This document shows, one piece after another, positions 57,340-64,000 of a stretch of 64,000 nt of DNA. Within the stretch, counting starts at the first letter, position 1. Each line of letters begins with the position of its first letter. The notes beneath the pieces were generated by a model. It ran no database searches, had not been told where the DNA came from, and worked only from the letters and a program-made list of their open reading frames with translations. The stretch lies in the NCBI GenBank assembly GCA_964594865.1, contig CAZQMZ010000001.1, forward strand, positions 82,982-146,981, written 5' to 3'. The translations under genes were made by a program, and so were the position numbers. The DNA comes from an uncultured Lachnospiraceae bacterium. GTDB taxonomy: Bacteria; Bacillota; Clostridia; Christensenellales; UBA1242.

Positions 57340-58083
57340 ATGGAAGGAAAACAAAAAAATAGAAAGGGTTTGAAAATTTTTATAAGCATACTTTTTGCTG
57401 TGATTGTGTTTGCAACGTTTGGGTATGTGCTTTTTGAAGGCGATTTGACTTATGAAATATCCAACTTGACTTTCACAAACATTTTGGCTTTTGCATGTGT
57501 GCTTGTTTGTTTCTTGTTTTCGCTGTTTTGCATAGAGAAATCTGCAAAAAAAATCTTGATCACTTTGGCACTTTTGCTCACTGTTGTTTCTGACATCTTT
57601 GTTGTGCTTTTGCCGGGAGTTGTGGAAGACTATGTTTGGATCTCTCTTGGTTTATTGTGTGGAGTTCAATTTGTTTATCTTGTATACACCTTGACATTTT
57701 GCAAGGGTGCGGGAAGAAAAATCATCAATGTTGCTTTTCGTGTGGCATTATGCCTTCTTGCCTATTTCATTTTGCCAGAATTTGTGGAACTTGACACTAT
57801 GCAAATGATTTCACTGATGTGTTTCATCAACACTTTTGTCAATTTGATCATCCTTCTTTTCAATATCAAAACCGAATGGTTGCTTTTGCTTGGCTTGCTC
57901 TTGCTTTTTGCGGTTCAAGCTGTCACTATGTTGTCAAATGGATGGCTGGATATCCTTCAAATCACAAATACAGATTTCATCACTTTTCTTTCTGAATATG
58001 ACCTTGCGTTCTATCTTTACATCCCATCACAATTTGTGATTGCTCTTTCTTCAATTTGGGCAGTCAAGCGAAAAAGGAAATAA
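57340..58083 (+). CDS. integral membrane protein (about 7-8 predicted TM helices), function unknown
   Basis: Hydrophobic helices run throughout the 247 aa. Possibly YhhN-like, but I cannot confirm this. Confidence 0.55.
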   Translation: MEGKQKNRKGLKIFISILFAVIVFATFGYVLFEGDLTYEISNLTFTNILAFACVLVCFLFSLFCIEKSAKKILITLALLLTVVSDIFVVLLPGVVEDYVWISLGLLCGVQFVYLVYTLTFCKGAGRKIINVAFRVALCLLAYFILPEFVELDTMQMISLMCFINTFVNLIILLFNIKTEWLLLLGLLLLFAVQAVTMLSNGWLDILQITNTDFITFLSEYDLAFYLYIPSQFVIALSSIWAVKRKRK

Positions 58084-58101
58084 CAATTTGGAGTTTCAAA
58101 A

Positions 58102-60519
58102 ATGAACTACGATTTCAAAACGATTGAAAAAAAATGGCAACAAAAATGGGTGAAAGAAAAATCTTTTAAGGCAATTGATTTTCATCCAACAAAACCAAAA
58201 TATTATGTTCTTTATGAATTTTATAACATCAGCGGGAATTTGCACATGGGGCACTTGAAAGGAACAATCCCTGCTGATGCTTTGGCAAGATTTAAGCGTT
58301 TTCAGGGATATAATGTTCTTTTTCCAATTGGTGGCGATGCCTTTGGTCTTCCTGCCGAGAATGCTGCAATCAAGACGGGTATAAATCCGCATGATTTTGT
58401 CAAACAAGGAATGAACAAGGTTATTGAGCAGTCAAAAGCACTGGGACTTTCGTTTGATTGGGATCGCACAATCTGCACGAGCGATCCGGAATATTATCAT
58501 TGGACACAATGGATCTTTTTGCAACTTTTCAAAAACGGAAAGGCATATAAGAAAAAGGGTGTTGTCAATTTTTGTCCTCATTGCCAAACGACGCTTTCAA
58601 ACGAAGACAGCCAAGGCGGGAAGTGTGATCGTTGTGGCGGAGATGTCGTTCAAAAGACGCGTGATGTTTGGTTTTTGAAGATGCAAGAATACAGCGAAAA
58701 GTTGCTGAAAAATGTCGACCGAATTGAAATGGCAGAAAATTTGAAAGATGCACAACGCAATTGGATCGGCAAAAGCGAAGGCATGCAAGTTGCCTTTGAT
58801 TTGTTTGATGAACAGGATGAAAAGGTTGGCAAAATCGAAATTTTCACAACCTGTATTGAGACAATCTATGGCATAACTTTTGTTGTGCTTGCGCCAGAGC
58901 ATGAACTTGTGGACAAACTTAAAGGCAAAATCAAGAATTGGCAGGAAGTGGAAGGATATCGCAAGAAAACGGCTCTTCGAAGTGAGTTTGACCGAATTTC
59001 TGACCTTAAAGAAAAAACAGGATGCAAACTTGAAGGGCTCTATGTCGTCAACCCAATGAATGGTGCCAAAGTGCCGGTATATCTGGCTGACTTTGTCATT
59101 GCGAATTATGGCACGGGGGCTGTTATGGCTGTGCCAACACACGACCAACGTGACTATGAGTTTGCCAAAGCGTTCAACATTCCACTCATTCAAGTTATTG
59201 AGGGCGATGTCAGCAAGTGTGCAGTCGAGAAGAAGGAATATCTTGCCAAAAACAGCAAAATGATGAATTCCGCAGAATTTTCTGGGCTTCCTGTCAAAGA
59301 AGCAAAAGTGAAAATTGCCGAAAAGGCGGAAAAAATGGGTGTGGGCAAGCGTGTTGTGAATTATCAAATGCAAGATTGGTCTTTCAATCGTCAAAGATAT
59401 TGGGGAGAGCCATTTCCTGTTGTCTTTTGTGAGCACTGTGGAATTGTTCCGCTTGATGAAAAAAACCTGCCTCTCGTGTTGCCAAAGACGAATGACTATC
59501 TTCCAAATGCCAACGGCGACAGCCCACTTTCAAAAATAGATGATTTTGTCAATTGCAAATGTCCAAAATGCGGACAAAAGGCGAAGAGAGAAACCGACAC
59601 AATGCCAAATTGGGCGGGGTCGAGTTGGTATTGGCTTCGTTATTGCGATCCACATAATGACCATGCACTTGCCGATTTTGAAAAGTTGAAATATTGGGGC
59701 AGTGTGGATTGTTATACGGGTGGCACCGAGCATATCACGCGACATGTTCTTTATGCGTTTTTCTGGCAAAACTTCCTTTATGAAATTGGTGCCGTTCCAA
59801 CACGTGACCCGTTTGTGCGAAAAATGGGCAGTGGGCTTATTTTGGACGATCAAGGAAAGAAGATGAGCAAAAGCTCTGCAAATGGTGTTTCACCACTTGA
59901 AGTGATTGACAAATATGGCACCGATGTGGCAAGATTGCACGTGCATTTCTTGGGCGGATATGAAGACAACACACCGTGGACATATGACGGCATCACGGGC
60001 ATAACTTCGTTTTTGGATCGTGTTTGGGCTCTTCAAGATATGGTTAAGGGGACAGATGTTTCGAAAGAACATATATATGATTTAAACCGCCTTATCAAAA
60101 AGATTGGTGAAAACTTGGAAGATTTGAAACTCAACACTTGCATTTCTGCGTTCATGATTTTCATCAAGAAAATTCGTGACGACGGTTTCATAACCAAAGA
60201 AGAATTGCGTCAATTTTTGATTTTGTTGAATCCGCTTGCACCACACATAACAAGCGAAATTTTTGAACGAGTTTTCAATTCTCAAATTTTGGATGAAACA
60301 TGGCCAAAATATGATGAAAAATTTTTGGTTGAGGACACCATAAACTTGCCGGTGCAAGTGAATGGAAAATTGAAACAAGTCATCAAAATTTCTCTTGGAA
60401 TTTCTCAAGATGAAGTTATGCAAGAAATTTTCAAGAACCATCCTGAAATTTGCTCAAGTTTGAGTGAAGTGAAAAAAGTGGTCTATGTTCCAAACAAAAT
60501 TATAAACATAATAAAATAA
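58102..60519 (+). CDS. leuS: leucine--tRNA ligase
   Basis: HIGH-type LHMGHLKG, GGDAFGLPAENAAIK, KMSKS and a CP1 editing region; 805 aa. Confidence 0.95.
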   Translation: MNYDFKTIEKKWQQKWVKEKSFKAIDFHPTKPKYYVLYEFYNISGNLHMGHLKGTIPADALARFKRFQGYNVLFPIGGDAFGLPAENAAIKTGINPHDFVKQGMNKVIEQSKALGLSFDWDRTICTSDPEYYHWTQWIFLQLFKNGKAYKKKGVVNFCPHCQTTLSNEDSQGGKCDRCGGDVVQKTRDVWFLKMQEYSEKLLKNVDRIEMAENLKDAQRNWIGKSEGMQVAFDLFDEQDEKVGKIEIFTTCIETIYGITFVVLAPEHELVDKLKGKIKNWQEVEGYRKKTALRSEFDRISDLKEKTGCKLEGLYVVNPMNGAKVPVYLADFVIANYGTGAVMAVPTHDQRDYEFAKAFNIPLIQVIEGDVSKCAVEKKEYLAKNSKMMNSAEFSGLPVKEAKVKIAEKAEKMGVGKRVVNYQMQDWSFNRQRYWGEPFPVVFCEHCGIVPLDEKNLPLVLPKTNDYLPNANGDSPLSKIDDFVNCKCPKCGQKAKRETDTMPNWAGSSWYWLRYCDPHNDHALADFEKLKYWGSVDCYTGGTEHITRHVLYAFFWQNFLYEIGAVPTRDPFVRKMGSGLILDDQGKKMSKSSANGVSPLEVIDKYGTDVARLHVHFLGGYEDNTPWTYDGITGITSFLDRVWALQDMVKGTDVSKEHIYDLNRLIKKIGENLEDLKLNTCISAFMIFIKKIRDDGFITKEELRQFLILLNPLAPHITSEIFERVFNSQILDETWPKYDEKFLVEDTINLPVQVNGKLKQVIKISLGISQDEVMQEIFKNHPEICSSLSEVKKVVYVPNKIINIIK

Positions 60520-60557
60520 AATTTTTAAGCGATTTGATGAAAAAAGAATAAAAAAAA

Positions 60558-60583
60558 CACGGTGTTTGACCGTGATTTTTTTT
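60558..60583. terminator. bidirectional rho-independent terminator between leuS and the PIN gene
   Basis: CACGGT (60558-63) pairs with ACCGTG (60569-74), flanked by A8 upstream and T8 downstream. Confidence 0.8.
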
Positions 60584-60587
60584 CGAA

Positions 60588-61370
60588 TTATAATGTTATA
60601 CCACTTTCTATCATTTCCTTCTTTGCCCGTTTTGTTGGAACAAGTTTAACTTCAACAACTTTTTTTGGATTGTAACCGATTTTTGAGAATTTGTCTTGAA
60701 CTTTTGCAGACAAATCATTTAAATTCTCTGGATCTGGAATTTCCCACTCCCTATTATTTTTGTACATTTTCATGAAATCTTGTGGGTTGATCGAATGTGC
60801 GTAGTCTGGATTTGAAGTCTCTGTTGCCAAATGTTTGTTGTTGACGTGCATGATCCTGATTGGCTTGAAATGTTTGTCGTGTGTGATTAGGGTCAAGTTG
60901 AAATATGCCGATTCGGCTGAAATTTTTGCATCGTTCTCTTGGTCGACAAAAACTCCGTTTTGAACATAGTCACTTGCGATGGCTGAGATTTTTTTGTTGA
61001 AATCTTTCTTCTTGGTTGGGTTTATGTCAAGCATAATTGATTCGCTCAAAACATCATACAAAAATTCGTGCAAATTTGGATTATTGTCGGTGACTTCTTC
61101 TTTCACTGTTGGAGTTATGCAAAAACAAATTCTTCCTGCTTTGAACATTGTGTATAAATTGATCAAACATTTTCTATATTCAGGTGTCAAATATTTGTCT
61201 GGTCTTCTCAAAAAGACACTTTCCATATCAATCAAGATGTTGGAATCAAGTGCAACGACAGGAATTTTCTTTTTCTTATTGTTCTTTTTCTTAAATGGAC
61301 AAAAACGTGGATTTCTGTGTAAATTATTTTCTATTGGGCCTTTGTGGTTATTCAAATTTTTCTTACTCAA
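60588..61370 (-). CDS. PIN-domain protein with basic N-terminal tail and a C-terminal extension of about 75 aa
   Basis: PIN acidic contexts VVALDSNILID, TVKEEV, ENDAKISAES and LTLITHDKHF. TTG start at 61370 preceded by AAGGGAGAAG. Confidence 0.6.
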   Translation of the reverse strand: MSKKNLNNHKGPIENNLHRNPRFCPFKKKNNKKKKIPVVALDSNILIDMESVFLRRPDKYLTPEYRKCLINLYTMFKAGRICFCITPTVKEEVTDNNPNLHEFLYDVLSESIMLDINPTKKKDFNKKISAIASDYVQNGVFVDQENDAKISAESAYFNLTLITHDKHFKPIRIMHVNNKHLATETSNPDYAHSINPQDFMKMYKNNREWEIPDPENLNDLSAKVQDKFSKIGYNPKKVVEVKLVPTKRAKKEMIESGITL

Positions 61371-61523
61371 TTTTCTTCTCCCTTTATTTTTTTTCGACAG
61401 CTGTGATTGCTTACATTTTATCGCAACATTGGTAAAAATGCAATACTTTTTTCAAAATTTTTTTATAATTTTTCTTCCAATATTTTGATTTCAAATTTTT
61501 TTTTGATATACTAGTTAAGTATT

Positions 61524-64000
61524 ATGGATATCTCTTACACGCTAGATAAGGAAAAGAAAATGGAAGAACTGCAAACATCTTTGCATGGGCTTTCTTTTGC
61601 TGAAGCAAAAAAGAGATTGGAGCGTGATGGGAAGAATATTTTGACACCAAAGAAAAAGAGATCTGCCATCGTCAAATTTTTACTCCAATTCAAAGATATT
61701 TTGATTTCCGTTTTGATTGTCAGTTGCATAATCAGTGTGGTGATCGGCTTTGTTGAAAATTCGGTAAGCGAATTTGTTGATGCGGCGATCATTTTTGTCG
61801 TTATTTTGTTTAATGCCGTGGTTGGTTACATCCAAGAGAGAAAGAGCGAGCAGGCCATGGAAGCGTTAAAAAACATGACCAAGCCGTTTTGTAAGGTTAT
61901 CAGAAACAAACACACTCTCAAAATAAAAACTGAAGAATTGGTTGTGGGTGACATCGTCATCTTGGAAGCAGGCGACATTGTTCCAGCAGACCTGCGATTG
62001 ATTGAAGCAAACAGTCTCAAAATCGAAGAGAGCGCTTTGACCGGCGAAAGTGTTTCCGTTGAAAAAGATGCGGAAGTGATTTTGGGTGCTGAAACCGCGC
62101 TTGGTGATCGGGTGAACATGGCTTTCATGGGCACGATTGTGACATATGGGCGTGGAGTTGGTGTTGTTGTTTCCACAGGAATGAACACCGAAATGGGGCA
62201 AATTGCTTCTGCACTTTCCGAAATGGAAGAAACCGAAACTCCACTCACAAAGAGAATTAAATCCACCAGTATAATCATTACTGTGGTGGTGATTGTTGTT
62301 AGTGTGCTTATTTTTGTTATGGGCGTTTTGTTGGGTGAAAATTTCATCTCTTCCTTGACCATGGCAATCGCTATTGCGGTTTGTGCAATTCCGGAAGGGC
62401 TTCCTGCCTGCAACACCATCACGCTGTCTATGGGTGTGAAGAGAATGAGCGATCAAAACGCCATAGTCAAAACTTTGCCTGCAGTGGAAACTTTGGGAAG
62501 CACAGAAGTGATTTGTTCGGACAAGACGGGAACTTTGACTCTCAACAAAATGACAGTGCGACAAATCTATTTTGAAGGCGAAAATTGTGAAAGTATCAAT
62601 CAAATGAAGTTTGAAACCAAGGCAAGTGGCAGTGTGGTTGACAGCGTGATATCTTTGGATGAAATAAACGAAAAAAACGATTTTGCCAAAGACAAGAATT
62701 TTGAACAACTGATTCGCTGTATGCTTTTGTGTAATGACACGAAAGTTCGATTTGACGATGAAAAGTTGGAGTCGATTGGCGACCCGACGGAAATTGCTTT
62801 GGTGCATTATGGATATAAGTGCGGGTTCAATAAGGAATATTTGGAAGGTGAGTTTAAACGAATCAACGAAATACCTTTTGACAGCGACCGAAAACTTATG
62901 TCCACCTTTCATAACATAAACGGCAAAATCATTGTCTATACAAAAGGTGCCGTGGACAACATTCTCTCACGTTGCAACAGAATTTTGGATAATGGAAGGA
63001 TTCGAAAAATTACTAACGCGGACAAAGAGAAAATTTTGCAGAAAAATTCTGAATTTGCCTCTCTTGCATTGAGAAATTTGGCTTTTGCTGGAAGAACTGT
63101 TGAAAAAATTGGAAAGCCGACAAGCGAAAACACCGAAGTTGATCTTTGTTTCTTTGGGCTTGTTGGAATGATCGATCCGCCACGAGAAGAAGTCAAAGAG
63201 TCCATTAAGACTTGCAAAGAGGCGGGCATCACCACCATTATGATCACTGGCGACCACAAAGATACGGCATTTGCAATAGCCAAAGAGTTGGGTATTTGCA
63301 CAAATCCTGATGAAGTTATCACCGGAAAAGAACTTAATGATTATTCGGACGAAGAGTTTGTTGGGCTTGTTGAGAATTTCAAGGTGTATGCAAGAGTGAG
63401 TCCAGAACATAAGGTGCGGATTGTCAAGGCTCTCAAAGCGAAAGGAAAAATTGTTGCTATGACGGGCGATGGTGTGAACGACGCACCAAGCATCAAGTGT
63501 GCAGACATTGGCATTGGAATGGGAATCAGCGGAACGGATGTCACAAAAGAAACTGCGGACATCATTTTGACGGACGACAACTTTGCCACAATTGTCGGCG
63601 CAGTGAAAGAAGGACGTCGAATTTATGACACAATCATAAAAATTTTGATGTATCTTCTTGGAACCTCGATTGCTGAGTTGATCATTTTGACTGTCATAAC
63701 ATTGGCATTTCGAGATGAAAACTTTTTCACACCAGCACTTATTCTTTGGATAAATTTTGTTTCTGACACTTTTGTGGGGCTGGCTCTTGGTTTTGAAAAA
63801 GCAGAAAAAGACATAATGAAACGAAAACCGTGCAAAAACACCGGCAACCTGTTCAAGGGCGATGTTGGAGTGAACATTCTCTGTTCGGCGCTCTATGAAA
63901 CGGTTATGATGTTGACGATATATTGCATCACAACCTTTGTTTTGAATTTGTCGAGTCAAGAAGTGACAACAATTTGCTTCTTGCATTTGGTGTTCACCGA
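61524..64000 (+). CDS. P-type (P2, Ca2+-transporting SERCA/PMCA-like) cation ATPase, 3' end outside the window
   Basis: Not in the ORF track because no stop occurs before the window end. My translation from ATG 61524 gives MDISYTLDKEKKMEELQTSLHGLSFAEAKKRLERDG.., LTGES (62037), ICSDKTGTLT (about 62511), MITGDH (about 63241) and TGDGVNDAP (about 63462), all in frame. Confidence 0.9.
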   Translation, partial: MDISYTLDKEKKMEELQTSLHGLSFAEAKKRLERDGKNILTPKKKRSAIVKFLLQFKDILISVLIVSCIISVVIGFVENSVSEFVDAAIIFVVILFNAVVGYIQERKSEQAMEALKNMTKPFCKVIRNKHTLKIKTEELVVGDIVILEAGDIVPADLRLIEANSLKIEESALTGESVSVEKDAEVILGAETALGDRVNMAFMGTIVTYGRGVGVVVSTGMNTEMGQIASALSEMEETETPLTKRIKSTSIIITVVVIVVSVLIFVMGVLLGENFISSLTMAIAIAVCAIPEGLPACNTITLSMGVKRMSDQNAIVKTLPAVETLGSTEVICSDKTGTLTLNKMTVRQIYFEGENCESINQMKFETKASGSVVDSVISLDEINEKNDFAKDKNFEQLIRCMLLCNDTKVRFDDEKLESIGDPTEIALVHYGYKCGFNKEYLEGEFKRINEIPFDSDRKLMSTFHNINGKIIVYTKGAVDNILSRCNRILDNGRIRKITNADKEKILQKNSEFASLALRNLAFAGRTVEKIGKPTSENTEVDLCFFGLVGMIDPPREEVKESIKTCKEAGITTIMITGDHKDTAFAIAKELGICTNPDEVITGKELNDYSDEEFVGLVENFKVYARVSPEHKVRIVKALKAKGKIVAMTGDGVNDAPSIKCADIGIGMGISGTDVTKETADIILTDDNFATIVGAVKEGRRIYDTIIKILMYLLGTSIAELIILTVITLAFRDENFFTPALILWINFVSDTFVGLALGFEKAEKDIMKRKPCKNTGNLFKGDVGVNILCSALYETVMMLTIYCITTFVLNLSSQEVTTICFLHLVFT

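Noticed and set aside
58084-58101. An expected T-box riboswitch or leader upstream of leuS.
   Set aside because: Only 18 nt separate the preceding membrane-protein gene from the leuS ATG, so there is no room for a T-box. leuS is probably co-transcribed.
49854-59436. Other long antisense ORFs (49854-50669, 52972-53751, 58597-59436, and 20169-20735 in rpoB).
   Set aside because: Each is antisense to a confidently identified housekeeping gene (BaiN-family oxidoreductase, gyrB-like, leuS, rpoB) and lacks SD sites or motifs.
61866-63986. Two long minus-strand ORFs (61866-62912, 348 aa; 62967-63986, 339 aa), plus 61826-62422.
   Set aside because: They lie antisense to an in-frame P-type ATPase gene (61524 onward) with unmistakable LTGES, DKTGTLT, MITGDH and GDGVNDAP motifs. 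Their translations are low-complexity with no motifs, so they are shadow ORFs. The real gene is missing from the track only because it has no stop inside the window.
1-64000. Alternative genetic code (TGA=Trp, Mollicutes-like), considered because of the low GC and giant surface protein.
   Set aside because: Many well-identified genes terminate at TGA at the expected length (e.g. the first ORF, rpoB, ytfJ-like). Peptidoglycan and sporulation genes are present. Long ORFs need no TGA read-through.
1-64000. A search by eye for CRISPR arrays, rRNA genes, IS elements, transposases, integrases or recombinases.
   Set aside because: No regularly spaced direct repeats, no rRNA-like sequence, and no ORF with transposase (DDE) or recombinase (Tyr/Ser) motifs in any frame of the supplied track.

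Overview
AT-rich chromosomal segment that looks like a low-GC, endospore-forming Firmicute (Clostridia-like). The standard genetic code applies: genes end in TGA, and peptidoglycan genes (murG, murI, a DD-carboxypeptidase) and spore genes (gpr, ytfJ-like, DUF2953) are present. Most of the window is housekeeping: fba, hflX, rpoB-rpoC, an S1-domain protein, tRNA-Thr and tRNA-Trp, a DnaD-like/DnaI-like replication pair, M1 peptidase, ku, ung, rpsT, murI, rluB-like, plsC, a type IIA topoisomerase B/A pair, leuS, and the 5' part of a P-type Ca2+-type ATPase that the ORF track omits. Two accessory loci stand out. (1) 5512-18569 is a tightly linked pair: an intact membrane-anchored VirB3/VirB4-like secretion ATPase followed by a 3,440-aa lipoprotein with three GLUG/beta-helix-like modules. 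No other conjugation or type IV secretion gene is visible, and the pair sits directly upstream of rpoB. (2) About 31031-33560 is a markedly more AT-rich islet abutting tRNA-Trp. It holds a 57-bp palindrome, a 5'-truncated phage-like structural gene, a lipoprotein, and a Panacea (DUF4065) antitoxin-like gene overlapping an unrecognisable 190-aa partner, which is a candidate new toxin-antitoxin or defence pair. Other observations: four genes whose ATG sits exactly 6 nt after an extended -10 box (apparent leaderless mRNAs); an intrinsic-terminator-like hairpin inside the rpoB leader; a structured 276-nt rpoB-rpoC spacer; a roughly 230-aa Glu/Lys/Ile/Asn-rich N-terminal extension on the GyrA-like subunit, which also lacks an obvious GyrA box; an orphan Ku; and an orphan PIN-domain protein. 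All calls rest on reading motifs in the supplied translations and DNA. No database search was run.
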